Source: Octopus sinensis (taxonomy: Eukaryota). Taken from it: 64,000 nt of DNA. Location of the stretch: NCBI RefSeq assembly GCF_006345805.1, contig NW_021834238.1, positions 1-64,000 of the forward strand, given 5' to 3'. This document shows positions 13,509-28,259 of this stretch, in pieces (the first letter of the stretch is position 1; every line of letters starts with the position of its first letter). The notes beneath the pieces are model-generated. The model was not told where the DNA came from. It searched no databases and saw only the letters and a list, made by a program, of their open reading frames with translations. The translations under genes and the position numbers were made by a program.

Positions 13509-14933
13509 GTATATATACATATTACGTATGCATATGTATGTAGGTTTGAGTTGCATGCAGGACTGAATGTAAATGCCCAAGTTCTTGTGTAGGGCTTTTA
13601 CGTGTGGGTTTTTGTCAGTGCATGTGCATGCACGCACGCGCGTGTGTGTGTGTGTGTGCTTGATAGAGAGCGTGTGTAAACGCACATTTGTGCTTACGCG
13701 CCTGTGCAACTGTATGTCTCCTCGCAGGTGGTGAGAGAATGAAACTATATCATTATACGCTGAAGAACATTTTAAACTATGCTTATGTATATATATATAT
13801 ATTATATATTATATATATATATCTAGACACGTATACTCATATACTTATATATGTACTTGTATGTTTATATACATACATATATACATTATATTAGATTATA
13901 TATATATATATATATATATATCTTATATATATATATAATATTTATAAATATATATATATATATTATATATATAACATATATATATATAAATGTACATGTA
14001 TGTATACCTACATATATAGATATAATTTATTAATACATCAAGTTTCAGTTGAGCAGGATCAATCATACAGCACACTGTATTATAAAGCAATGAAATTTAC
14101 TTTCCGAAGATGGCGTCGGAACGTGCACTATATCGCGTGAGACGCTCATGTTGATGTTTCGACCAAGTTGCAAACTGATTAGAAATAGCAGTGAAATTTT
14201 CCTGAAATTCTACTTCTAATAATTTATGTTTTAAAAGGAGACTAACGCTTTGAAATATGCAGTTCTTCCTTGGTAATATACAGTCATATTTTTAATAAAT
14301 GAAAAAATAAACATGCGAATGAGGACGCCTGGAACATGTTCCATGGCTGCTGGGTTGTGGAGAATCATGAGATATAGCTCAGTCAATCACTGCACGTGCT
14401 TAATGAATGTTTACATGAATGTATATTCGTATGAATACATACATGTACATATATCTATACATACATACATACATACATACATACATACATACATACATAC
14501 ATACATACATACATACAACATGTATACATATATACATGTATACATTATACATACATGCACAGGCAAAGAAAAACAGGTCAAAAGCATATGGAGATATCAT
14601 CACTGGTTCTTGCTATGGTGACAGCAGGTCTATGGTGCTTATTGTGCTTCAGTAAAGCAAGTGTGTAACTTATGTTATCTCAGAAGAAAGAAAGAATTTC
14701 AATTCACACAATGCACCTCTGAATTGCATAGTCTCGGCGATATTTTCGATTGCTCACTCGTATCTTCATCAATATTTTCTTTGTTACATTAGGATTATAC
14801 TGCCACCCTTTTTGTCCTTTATGTAGCTAACTTAATATCACTATTTAATAGTGATTCATACAATAATATTTAAATATACTTTAATATATATATGCATATA
14901 CATAGACACACGCATATATATATATATATATAT

Positions 14934-15151
14934 AAAGTTAATCTAAACATGAAAACACCGAGAGAAAACACAACAACGCGAGGTCGTGGAACAAGTATAG
15001 TATTATTGGACGCTTAGGAAGGAAGGGAAGAAGGAGGGTTTTAGGTTTCGAGCGGAGCTATTCGTTAGAAACATAGGAAAAGGAAAGATCCAGAGAAGGG
15101 AAGACGGAGGAAAAAAAATCGCCAACGGTACACACGCGATCACATTTTGAA
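14934..15151 (-). mobile_element. Penelope-like tail fragment with degenerate hammerhead motif (15039-15071), flanked by (TA)n on both sides
   Basis: Minus strand reads TTT-CTAACGA-A-TAGC(TCC)GCTC-GAAACCT-A-AAA. Layout is the same as 6856-6891. Confidence 0.5.
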
Positions 15152-16612
15152 TATATATATATATATTATATATATATATATATATATTCACACACACATA
15201 CACACTTGTCCGAGTGTGTGTGTTTGAAAAGTCTCATAAAAAAAAACAGCCTCCAATTCCGTTAGAATTGTATTTCACTAGCATTTTGATAATATTATCC
15301 ATGTAGTAATGTGTGCTTGTACATACTTTTTTAATATATGTATGCATGCGTGTATTCGTGTACCTATGCATGCATGTACGTATGTATGTAGTGATGTACA
15401 TATAATAATCTACTTTATATTATTTACATGAATGTGTGAGTAGCCACTGATCTAGTGTATATGTGGGTGTATGAATAATATCTGATTCTTACTGGGTCAT
15501 TGGATAAATATCGCACAGTGTTATCTCATGTGCTACATCTCTCTATATTTCTATCGACTGTTATGCATGATGCAATGATCTGCTAAAGTGCAATCAAGTG
15601 CACCTTGCGTTTACGTATTTGTTTAGCATAGCGTTGGATGCTGGAAAGCATGTCTAATGTAATGGTATTACAGTTGTGTAGTGCGCAGCTATGCACGTCG
15701 GTAACAACGGTCATTTGAACACAGATATAATTATTATTGTCATATTCAGTCATACAAATAGAAATAATATTCTTCTTTGTCCAGTGATAGGCTGTATATA
15801 ATATTGTTGCTGTAGCCTAGCATCTGGTATTTTGTTTGAGCACAGATGTGTTACACTTTGCAACAGAAACAAAAGTAACAACGCCGGCAACACAGATGAC
15901 AAAGGTTATAAGACGTAAAATTAGATCTCGCTCTCTTCTTAAGAGTCGACGGTGAGGCGTAAGCGATGAAGAAAAAAATGTAAATGTAATGGGCGGTAGA
16001 GGTAAGAAATGTCGTAATAGTCAGTATGAAAGATGAAACTAGATATGGGTGTAATGAAAGAGAGCATGAAGAGGGAAAATACGTTAATTATTGATTCAGT
16101 GAATACGTTTATGAAGGGGAGAAGTGGAGAAGAGTAATTCGTTGAGGTAGGATAGAATGGGTGGTCGGGGAGAGAAATTGGAAGATTCTAGAAACCATGA
16201 GAGCACGAAGATTAATCGATTGGCCGATACAGTGATAGAGCGAATAGCTGATGGTTGATAAGTAAATGAAAATAAAAAAAATGCGTTGAATACATACGAC
16301 AGAAAGAAAAGAAGTGAGAAAGATACGATGACGAACAAAAAGAATGTCCTTAGACACGTTGAAATTGATTGAGAAAACCGGAATAATGTCATATGCAAGA
16401 AAATATAAATCCATCTATAATACATACATATACACACATACATTCACACACTCACACACACACGCACCCATATATATATGTATATACATACATCAATATA
16501 TATATATGTATTTATACATATGTGTGTGGTTGTATGTGTGTAGATATAAGTTGTGTGTGTATGTGTGTGTGTGTGTGTATATACGTACATGTATGTGCAT
16601 ACATTTATAAAA

Positions 16613-16643
<31 letters not shown>

Positions 16644-17248
16644 GTTTTCTATGAAACCATAAGATTATTAAATCATTCCCGCTTCCAGAGAGAGAGGAGA
16701 GAGAGAGCAGTCCACTCGCTTAATGTCAAGTGTAACGAAGTTCACATGCGAAAGGGAGATAATCACAATTATTCGCGAAAAGTGCCATGCCGTTACAGAA
16801 AATAAAAGTGTCTAAATCCAAGTGTATAGCAGTCGCCATTTGGTACTTATTCAATACACCTCATTTTCGAAAACAATTTTCCTGCCTTATCTTCAGCAAA
16901 TCAGACACATTACCATGTACAAAAAATGTGTAAAACATTTTTATGAACTTAATCGTTTGAATAACTGGGTTCTGAGAGTTAATTGAGATCCAGTGAAATG
17001 TATGCAGACAGAACAGTAACCCTCTAAGTTTATATTTATATGAGAAATTTTCATAGCAATGAAATTTAAAATCATGTCTCTTTCGTTTCCTTTATGAATC
17101 TGCTATGGGGCATGGAATGAATATACAACGAGGCGAGTGTGGATAACAATATAGTAATAGAATGTAGTGTATTGATGGGAATATTTGGACACTGTGCAAT
17201 AATGCTTTGCGGTATTCATTCCAGTTCTTTGTGTTATGAGTGCAACAA

Positions 17249-17480
17249 GGCGGCGAGCTGGCAGAAACGTTAAGCACGCTGGGTGAAATGCGTAGCCGTA
17301 TTTCGTCTGCCGTTACGTTCTGAGTTCAAATTCCGCCGAGGTCGACTTTGCCTTTCATCCTTTCGGAGTCGATAAATTAAGTATCAGTTACGCACTGGGG
17401 TCGATGTAATCGACTTAATGCGTTTGTCTGTCCTTGTTTGTCCCCTCTATATTTAGCCTCTTGTGGGAAATAAAGAAATA
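17249..17480 (+). mobile_element. family A SINE, full-length monomer
   Basis: Near-identical to 1548-1779. Confidence 0.9.
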
Positions 17481-18753
17481 AGAATGCAACATCTCCGATT
17501 ACATTGATGCCAGGCTCTATCGGTTCTAAGTCAGTGGTCAGTGGTCTTTCGTTTGGATAAAATCGATGGTGTAGAGAAAGGGAAGCTTGCCTGTATGTGA
17601 AAATGGACAGTATCAAAGAATTATCGTAAATAATTATCCTTGGGATATAAGGAAAGGCTGGTGTGACAAGCGGTTTGGCTTGAACTTGAAACATTATGAA
17701 TCCCATTGTTATTGTTCTGATTAAGATCCAGATTTGTAGTTGTCAGGATTATAGCATCAAACGATCCCTTTTCTTTTAAGTCTTCTAAGACGCTAAGAAG
17801 ATTTAGTGGCTAATGTAGTCTGTCATATAGAGACTTACTTTTTACCCCCATTATTATGGAAAGAGAATAGGCATTACGACATAAATTAATCAAAAATACT
17901 GAAGTGCCGTGGTTGTGTTAAACAATCAGCTGAAATGAAGAATTTGATTTCGAATCCTAGCTGTTTTTGTGGAGATTAATTCGTCGATATTCTCAGTGAC
18001 GGCTATAAATGCTAGACAAAGCCATTGTAGTGGGATTCCAAGAGCGATTGAAGTGAAATCTGATTTAGTCGAGGATTCTGAACGGATTTGCTATAGTGTC
18101 CAGAGGTTACACTAAATTGCACTCCGTCGATCATCACTCGAGAATCATAATCGATATCAAACAATGATGAAATAATAAGCAAGTCCTTTATTCCCTAAAG
18201 CATTGTTTCTTTTGACTTTCACATTATCAAATATTCAACTTCAAAGTTAGCAATTCACGCCTCGGAGGGACGAATTCTCATGAAATTGTGATAAAGTCTA
18301 AAAGTGACTCTATCGTTCAAATTGACCATTGTAAGTTCGTCTCAAGGCAAAAGATAAATCGAGTCATCTCGCCACTGATTGTTTCCAAAGTGTTCCTCAG
18401 GGAAACGCCGCGTCATGTGAAGTCTTTAATTGTGTCCAGCAGTTTCTATGTGATTAACAGTAATTACATACGAAGAAGGAATGAGATGTATTGGAGAAGT
18501 GAAACTAGGATTGAGTGAGTTTTATGTTTATCTTCAGAAGTATTAATATAGTATGTGAATTTACATGGAGGCAGACTAGAAAGAAATTATTGCCGGAATT
18601 CGGTTTTTGTATATGGTTTAACACTAATGTAAAACTAATGCCAGCAAAAATAAAGAAATGGAATAATATGTTTAAACTTTTCTTGATTATCACATTTATT
18701 GATTACCTCTCTCAATTGAACTAAATATTAGGACCTATAATTCACGAATATAG

Positions 18754-18917
18754 GTGTGGCTGTGCAATAAGAAGGTTGTTTTTCAACCGTGTGGTTTCAG
18801 GTTCATTCCAACTGCATCTCAGCTTGGGCAAGTCTTTTAACAAAAGTCTCAGCCTTGTGAATGAATTTGGTAGGCGGAACCTGAAATAGTCCAGTCGTAT
18901 ACCTGTGCATGAGTGTG

Positions 18918-18985
<68 letters not shown>

Positions 18986-19105
18986 TGTCTTTGTGTAAAG
19001 GTTTATTCCCCATGACCGCTTCACAATCGGTGTTGTGGTGTTTTCGTCACTATAACTTCGGTTCAGCATTAGTGACCTATAGAATACGTACCAGCCTTTA
19101 CAAAA
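18754..19105 (+). mobile_element. family B SINE, diverged
   Basis: GGTGTGGCTGTG head, GAATTTGGTAGGCGGAA body, internal (GT)n and ACAATCGGTGTTG tail segment. Confidence 0.7.
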
Positions 19106-19252
19106 AATGCATTGATGCAGGGGTAGATGAATAGATGGATGGATGGATGGATGGATGGATGGTCGATCGATCGATAGGTAGATAGATAGATAGATACACA
19201 GACAAACAGAGAGATGGATAGATAGATAGATCCACAGACAAACAGATAGATG

Positions 19253-19305
<53 letters not shown>

Positions 19306-19430
19306 GTTTCTTTATTGGCCACACAGGGCTGCACACAGATGGGACAAGTTACAAGGTAGAGCTTTTCTTTTGGGGGATGAAAAAAAGGGGGTGGTGTAGG
19401 TTTTCGATCAAGATGGATCGTAAAAGGGAA
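19306..19430 (-). mobile_element. retroelement 3' tail related to the family A SINE tail, within (GATA)n
   Basis: Minus strand TTGTCCCATCTGTGTGCAGCCCTGTGTGGCCAATAAAGAAAC resembles the family A tail TTGTCCCCTCTGTGTTTAGCCCCTTGTGGGTAGTAAAGAAATA, but the upstream sequence is unrelated. Confidence 0.55.
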
Positions 19431-19523
19431 GAAAAGAACAAAAAAAAAGAAAAAAAGAAAAAAATAGAATAAAAAAGAAAAGAAGAAAAGAAGAAAAAAA
19501 GATAGATAGATACACAGACAAAC

Positions 19524-19614
<91 letters not shown>

Positions 19615-20231
19615 GACTCGTGTTATAATATCTAAAGATATAATAAGCGCACAGCTCAGATTAGCGTACAAAACGTTAGGCTACCGTTCTAATCGTAGAA
19701 AATAAATGCAGCCATAAACACAAATTTATTCCATATTTTTAAGTACATTCATGCAATGAGTGCTAATTATCACCTATACTGCAACAATTCAAAATGGAAT
19801 TTAGCTGCCTGTATATTTATGTCACTCTCCTCAAAGTATCCGGTGTGAAAAGGAAGTCGGTTTCTTAAACTAATTCGTATACTCGAACACTCAACACACA
19901 ACACATAAACACGCACGCACACACATATATAAATACACAGATACACGCTCACACACCCATGAACCATCGCGTATATATATATATATACACACACACGCAC
20001 ATATATATATATATATTCTTCATTTTATATAATGCCTTTACTCATATGTAATGGTGTATAAAGTATTGATTGGGTATCATCGGATAGTTGATGTTTTATT
20101 GATTTAAGTATGTTTCTCCATTCTCTAATTTTGTAGTTATATATATATACATATATATATATTATATATACTCATATATAGAGCATATATACATATATAT
20201 TATATATACACACACCACACACGTTTTTTAT

Positions 20232-20284
<53 letters not shown>

Positions 20285-20744
20285 TAGGTAGATAAATAGA
20301 TAGATAGATAGATAGATAGACAGATAGATAATTCGGTTACTGTTCTATGACAAGCATTAAAAAAAGAAAAGGTGACGTGCCAGGAATAAAAAGGAAATAA
20401 AGACTATGTGTATGAATAGACTTCTGAACGTTGATGACGTTGTAATATGATGGGTATCTGAGTACGTGTGAATGAGCGAGGGATTAAATGTATTCATCTG
20501 CGTATGTAACAGGAAAGAAAGTGTGAATATAAGTACGTGAGATTACGAATAATAGTTTGCCTTACAATCTATGCAATGCATGCGGACATATCCCTATATG
20601 TCTAGGAGATATTCGGTTGGCGTGAGAGAAAGAAAATGGAGATTAGGCTTTGTGTTTGAAAAGTAGTAATTTTGTGATGCTCTAAACATACACCCATACT
20701 CAGGCACACATCATATGTATGCGTATGTATATATTGTAAATATG

Positions 20745-20801
<57 letters not shown>

Positions 20802-21073
20802 ATAGACGTGTGTGAGTGAACGTGTACCCATGTATGTATTTAAATATATATGTGTGCTTGTATGTATGTTTTATTTTTTGTATGAGTTGGATGGTTGGTG
20901 CGTGATTGTACGTACGGCTTAAGGTACGCGTGTGTATTGATAGTGAAATAATATAAATATATTTATTTGTAATAAGTTCAGTTTAGTGTGTGTTGTGTAT
21001 GTATTATGTATTATGTATAGATAAATAGTTAAATAGCTAAATACATTGAAGAATACGTATATATATATATATA

Positions 21074-21594
21074 CAGTGTACATTTAAACACATAAGATAT
21101 GGCCATAACAAGACATCTGACTCGCTAGAAAGAGTAGTTAAACTGTAAACCACTATTAAGGGTAATTTCGAAAGGAAATGAAAAAAACTTCAAAATTTTT
21201 TGCTACCCTGAAATTTATTAATTAATGATAAAATGTTGTTGGGCTAATTTTTAAAGAAAATCCGCATTCTCTGTATTTGCTGCCGATAAAAAACCGCGCG
21301 CGCGCGGTGGATTTTGAAAAGTTATAACATGTATACGCGAGGCATGTTGTTTATCGCCTCGTTTTTATATGTTCATCTTGGCTTTCTTGCTGATGATATC
21401 TTTGCCAATGTAAATTATTTTATTTACTACAGATTGCTTGAAACCGTGCATGGTACAGGAAATAGAGGGTAAATGTTTTTATTTTTCATTCATTTTCGAA
21501 ATTACATCTCACAGTGGTTTTTGAGTTTAACTACTCTTTCTAGCGAGTCAGATGTCCTGTTATGGCCATCTCTTATGTGTTTAAATGCACACTG
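21074..21594. mobile_element. Tc1/mariner-type MITE, 521 bp, with long TIRs and TA target duplication
   Basis: TA|CAGTGTACATTTAAACACATAAG... at the left and ...CTTATGTGTTTAAATGCACACTG|TA at the right. About 80 bp of near-perfect inverted repeat, extending degenerately to about 120 bp. Confidence 0.85.
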
Positions 21595-22444
21595 TATTTT
21601 TATATGAATAATATATAGTCTATTGACTAGTTTTTTCTTCTCGCTAGACCAATGATAGCAAAGAATTTTTCTAAGTTATATATATATATATATATATAAT
21701 ACATACTAGCGAACTCTATCAAATAACATTTGCCCTATGTGAAAGAATGTCCTTCAAAATATACTAAAGAACTCTTTATATTACTCGCTGTATGTGTATG
21801 CATTCCCATACACACACATACAGTGTACATATGTGTACAATGTATGCATATATGTGTGTGTGCGTGTGTATATATCAGCAAAGATAACAAGTGCAAAATA
21901 TGACATGCACAAAAGATATTCAGATAAATATGGAGGTAATGAAATATATGACGAGATTGATACGAGCTTAGAATATATCTGCATCTTTACGTATATGGAC
22001 TTGTGTGTATTAAAATTGCTGTATTTTTCCACAGGAGAAATTAAAAACAATATTGTCAGGTGTATAAATGCATGTGCGTGAATGCGCGTGTGTATGTGTG
22101 TGGCAATGTGTGTATGTGTATGGGTGTGCGTGTGCATGTGTGTGTAAGTGTGTTTGCATGTGTGTGTATGTGTGTGCATGTGTGTATGTGTGCGTGTTTG
22201 TATGCAAATGTGTGCTTATGTCTGTGTCCATGTGTGTACGTGCACGTATACGTGCGCATGCGTGTATGTGTATGTGTGCATGTGCGTTTTTGTAAGTGTG
22301 TGTGTGCGTGTGCATATTTTGAAATGTATGCTTCTACAGATAGATAGATTGATACAGATATAATCACACAGATAAGTATACCTACAGATGCAGATTTAAT
22401 TACAGATATATCGATCGACAAATAAAACAGAAATATTTCGTGTC

Positions 22445-23536
22445 CAAGAGTCTCTGCTGAAAATTTCGGAGGATGAACAAGACACTCACAAGGTATGAGC
22501 CGAATGAGTTTTGTTTTTCAATGTAGTCTCCCTTGTGCTCCACACACCTCTTCCATCGATGTTGCAGTACTTGAATCCCATTGGTGAAAAGGCTTTCATC
22601 CTCTTAGACAGAAGCGTTATCAACAGCAGATATGAAGTCATCGTCACTGCGTTACTGGCTCTCATCTACATGTTTTTTTTCAGGATGGGGCCTAATCAGG
22701 AGAATAAAAATGATGATCAACCAGTCATACCCAAAATATTAGATCATCACATTCCATGCAGATGAAAGAAACCTGGCTTACTCTGAAGCAGGTAAAGATG
22801 AATGTTTCCACTGCATGGATTGTCGCTTCGTCTGTAATACAAAATGATGAACCCAACTCTCATTCTGGGTTTGGAAACGTCCGAGAAAACCAACCAGACA
22901 TACCTGAAACAATATCAGATTTTCCTGTGATGTGACAAGCCAGGTGTGATTTTGATTAGGTATCAGAGAAAGTAGCACCCTACGACGAGTAACAAAATTC
23001 AGTTTGCCAAGTTCGTGCCAATTTCGGCGTCATGCCAAGTTCAGTATGCAGAATATTCTCCCACGGGATGAGGTTAGTAGCACTGGCGATTTGATTTATA
23101 GCCAATTGCCTGTTGTCCATTGCCATATGCTGAGCACGATCAATGTTTTCCTCTGTGGTGGCCGTTGCAGAAAATCAGGACTCTGTGTCATATTCATGAT
23201 TCTCCCTTCTCGTCTTAAATTTAGCTGCCACTTTTTCACTCTTGGAATGTAATCCCCTACAGTAACAACCATATGTGCAGGAATGCCGTTTGCGATTAAA
23301 ATTGATTTTCTGCTGGTGCTTCATAGCACCACGATGTAAAATTATGTTCATTCTTCAAGAGAATTCGATACTATTTTACATTCAAAGTCTTCTTTAAGCA
23401 GTCGGACGTCAGTTTACCGGAAAAGAAACAATGCACTTATTAATAAGTAGAAAAATTATTTAATACGTGCAAGATTTCACAGGTCTAGTATTACCCCTTC
23501 CTAGTCGTCCTATGAACTTTTCAGCACATCCTCTTA
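22445..23536 (-). pseudogene. decayed mariner transposon with internally deleted, frameshifted transposase
   Basis: Fragments ATTEENIDRAQHM..NRQLAINQI, QNESWVHHFVLQTKRQSMQWKH and GIQVLQHRWKRCVEHKGDYIEK. TIRs CAAGAGTCTCTGCTGAAAATTTC and reverse complement TAAGAGGATGTGCTGAAAAGTTC. Confidence 0.85.
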
Positions 23537-23646
23537 TGTGAATAAGTATACTCTCTCTCACATACATATGAATATATACATACATATATATATTTAATAT
23601 ATATTTATATATATATATTTATATATATATATATATATATAGATAG

Positions 23647-23677
<31 letters not shown>

Positions 23678-23772
23678 GTGTGATATATATATGTATATGT
23701 ATATAATATATATCTGTATATATATATATATTGTATATATATATATATATATATAATCTATATTATATTATA

Positions 23773-23806
<34 letters not shown>

Positions 23807-24530
23807 TATCTATATATATATATAAATTATGAAAGTGGCTTGTCGCAATATAATTCCACAAGGTACAAGTACATTCACCACTAAAGTGACCATGTGTGCA
23901 AGTCAGTACCAGAATTGCCAGAAATAACAATGAAGACAAGTCTTAGCCACGGGCAAACACTATCTTTTGACCTACAAGGGAGACAACCTTCCTACAGCAA
24001 ACGAGATCGTATATCGTCGGTGATTTCCTATAGAATTATTCCTGATTGGTGACACTACGCCGTTGCCTAGGGTTAAGCTAACTCGCCCTGTCAGTTTATA
24101 GAAAATGCCTTAAGAATCAGTGACTGATTCAGTAAAATGGTTATGGAAAAATTATAAATTATTAAAATGGCTTGTCGCTACTGGTGTCATTTGCACCGTT
24201 AGTCACTTTAGTAGCAATTATACTTGTACATTTTGGTTTTAAATTGCGACTAGTCACTTTAATAATATATAATTTTCACTTGAAACTTTTTACTAAATCA
24301 GCCACAGATTTCTTTGGTATTTTCTATAAATTGACAAGGCGATTTAACTTAACCTAAAGCAACAGAATAGTGTCACAGATGAGGATTATTTCTATCTAAA
24401 ATCTGACGTTCTCTTGATGTAGCGAGGTTGTCTCTCTTGTTAGTCAAAAGACAGTGCTTTGTCCGTGGATAAGAGTTGTTTTACATGTGCACAGATATAT
24501 ATCAGAAATATGGGATAGAATGACATATAA

Positions 24531-24594
<64 letters not shown>

Positions 24595-24781
24595 TATCTG
24601 TTGCCCAAATTACCAATTGCCGCTCGCTTGGGAAAGATTACGTAGAAAAGCACATTTCGTCGAAAATTAAAACGTCCACAATGCTAATATATTAAAACAT
24701 ATAACTATAAACAAAAATTTATATTGCACTGAAAGGAATGCAACTTTGTCTTTGTGTTTTTATGTTTGGATTATTTATATA

Positions 24782-24841
<60 letters not shown>

Positions 24842-24939
24842 CAAGTTTACTGAACCTTCATTTTTTTTCATATGCTAGGCCACTGGTGTGAAATCGATGT
24901 TAATTAAATTAATATCTAATTTCTCATCCTCATTTTTTA

Positions 24940-24971
<32 letters not shown>

Positions 24972-25879
24972 AATATATATAATGTATACCTACATACATG
25001 CATACATACATACATACATACATGCATATACATGCATATATGCATGCATACATACATACATACATACATGCATATATACATACATACATACATACATACA
25101 TGCATACACAGATACATATACATATACATCCGTCTGCTTGTCATTTAATCCCAATATTTCTGCCATACCTTTGTGCATATGCAAACATATATTTTGTTCT
25201 GCGCACCTTCCACCACGATTCTTATATAAGACATAACAGATTTCAAACGGTCCCTATTTTGACAACCGTTTAAATCTATCACTTTCATATGTCACTATAT
25301 GACATCGACGTACATGCGAACGAAATAGACATGAACGTCTGGAGAATTCTGTTTAGCATTTTCCATTGCAAATAATAACTAAAATGGTCACACAGCCGAT
25401 ATAATAGTATAGTTTTCTGAGCATACCGCTTCTCTTTGCCAATCAATAAACTTAATCTTGAATTTTTGAATCACTTCGCATTTATTAGAAACTTAAATCT
25501 TATTTCTTTAGATTATCAAAGTTAATTATATCTTTCATTTCCCGAACACTTGATTCAATATGTACCGAAATTTACTCAGACATGATGCTGCAATCAAGTG
25601 TATTACGGCAAGTTCACTTCAAAATAATTATTCCTTTTATATCCATCAGCTAAAATGTATATGGTAACGATAATTCCACTAATTGAGCCATCACTCTAAT
25701 TCTGGTGATAAATTAATTTGTAATTTAAATTCAAGTTTACACTTTTAAATTAAATCTACATACTTTACAGAATCTCCTAAACCATTGTATCAATGAACAT
25801 ATATACACAGAAACATAAAACACACACACACCCACACACACACACACACACACAAACATATATATATATATAGATATAT

Positions 25880-25926
<47 letters not shown>

Positions 25927-26236
25927 ATTATAGATGTGTGTGTGTGAATGTCAGTCTGTTGAATATATACATATATATATATGTATATATATACACGTAT
26001 ACACACACATACATACACACACATACATATAGCTACTGTATACATGTATAGTAATTATATCTGTAGCATCCGATAAAATTGATGTTGTAAGTTGGAATTA
26101 TTAGGTGGTAGTCGGCATAATAGCATAGGACCTATAACGTGCATACTCAAAAACGCGTCTTGTAATCGAACTTAAAAGATATGCATGTATATATATATAT
26201 ATATATATATTTATATGCATGTATATATATATATAA

Positions 26237-26433
26237 GGCGAGCTGGCAGAAACGTTAGCGCGCCCGGCGAAATGCTGAGTTCAAATTCCCGAGGTCGACT
26301 TTGCCTTTCATCCTTTCGGGGTCGATAAATAACGTACCAGTTTCGCACTGGGGTCGATGTAATCGACTTAATCCCTTTGTCTGTCCTTGTTTGTCCCCTC
26401 TATGTTTAGCCCCTTGTGGGCAGTAAAGAAATA
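26237..26433 (+). mobile_element. family A SINE with internal deletion
   Basis: Matches 1548-1779 but lacks part of the head between GAAATGC and TGAGTTC. Confidence 0.85.
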
Positions 26434-27540
26434 TATATATATATATATTTATACATACATACATGCATACATACATACATACATACATACATACATACAT
26501 ACATACATACATACATACATACATACATAAAACGTATTTCAGTATTCTTAAAGTATTTACGTTAAGTAGGAAATACGGGTCGCTATACCTGTCTATCTCT
26601 CATACTTAAAGTATACAAGACGTCGATTGGCCAGCGATTGTGGTTTTTGTCCATATATAACATCGCTTACGGATATGCTGTTTTTAAACAATAATTATTA
26701 GAGGGAGGCAAAACGTCATAGCAATGGAGGCCAGCGAGTACACCAAATGCATTTCGCCCACCTGAGATCAATTCAACGGCGCGTACTCGCAACCAGCCAC
26801 GTGATTCATGAGAACATATCTCCGTGCGTATACTTCGTCATACGCTTAGACTGCCACAAATCGATGCAAATAAAGAAAGTTAGTTCATTAGATCGGCAGA
26901 ACATCGAGGAAGGAATGATGGAAGAAAAATAAAAAAAGGAAAAAAGGAAGGCAGAAAGAAAGAAAGAGGAAAAGGGAGGAAGGAACGAAGGAAGGAAAGA
27001 AGGAAGGAAAAAGCAAAAGGAGAGAGATAAAGGAATACGAGAAATAATAAAAATGGAAGGAAATGCAGGGGGAATAAAGGAAGAAAGAAAGAAAAAAATG
27101 GAAAGAAAGAAAGAGAAATGTAAGATAGAAAGAAATATAGAAACATGAATGCAAAATTAGCGAATTGTAGAAAAATAGATGTGCTCCAGCGTGGCCCTAG
27201 CTTCTGGCTGAAACCGGTAAAGCACTAAAAGAAAATTGCAGGAAGGACGGTCTAAAGAGAACGAAATAGAATTTGATCAGGAGAGGAAGATAGGAATATT
27301 GAAAGAGAGAGGTCGTGAAAGAAAGACTTTGATAAAACAAGAAGGAAAGAAGTGGGAGAAGAAAGAAAAAGGAGCAGGAAAGAAAGAGAGACGAAAAGAA
27401 GAAACGACTAGCGAATGAAAGTATGACGCGAAACTATTAAAAGGAGAGAGAGGCAAAAGTGGAAGAATGTGAGAAGAAAGGAAAGATTAAAAGAAAGTGT
27501 GTAATACGAGAAAAAAGAATGAAAGTAGGATAGAAAGATA

Positions 27541-27773
27541 GAAAGTTAGAAGGAAAGAGAAAGAGAAAGAAATAAAAGAATGAATAGATAGATAAAGAAA
27601 ATATGATAGAAAGACAGGAATGCCGAAAATATGGAAACAGAACTGAAGATGATACGAGAGTAAATCATTTAATAAAACAAAGAGAAAGATAGAATGACAG
27701 AAGAAAGAAATTGTGGAAAAGAGTGAAGGCTAATATGAAAGAAGAAAAAGAAAGAAGAAAAAGAAAGAAGAAA

Positions 27774-27813
<40 letters not shown>

Positions 27814-27888
27814 AAAAGAAAGAGAGCATGTGAGGATAAGAGAAAGAAAGAAGGAAATACTGTGAGAAAGATGTGCAGTAATAAAGAA
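27541..27888 (+). repeat. purine-rich segment duplicated at 32850-33148
   Basis: Shared unique strings such as GAAAGACAGGAATGCCGAAAATATGGAAACAGAACTGAAGATG and GGAAATACTGTGAGAAAGATGTGCAGTAATAAAGAAA. Confidence 0.85.
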
Positions 27889-28218
27889 AGAAATAGTGGG
27901 GAAAAAAGAAAGAACAGTTGTTAAACCGACCACAAGGAAGGAAGAAGATATATTGTGTATGTATAGAAAGCGAATTCCAAGAGAATAAAACAATAGAAAG
28001 CTTACTGTAGAATGGACGTCTGTGTTGTTTTGGGCAGCTTTTGTCGCCATTTCAATGGGAATTATTTTACCTTTTTGCTTCAAAACACAATGAAGAATAC
28101 AGGGAAGAATGTTTTGTTCATATTTAGATTAAAAAACTTGCGATAGTGCAAAACAAAAATTTGAAAAGGAAAAGTGAAATTAAATTAAATAGAAGTAATA
28201 ATAATAATAATAATAATA

Positions 28219-28259
<41 letters not shown>

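Noticed and set aside
14586-14670. Signal-peptide-like short ORF MEISSLVLAMVTAGLWCLLCFSKASV
   Set aside because: Very short, no canonical donor, and expected by chance.
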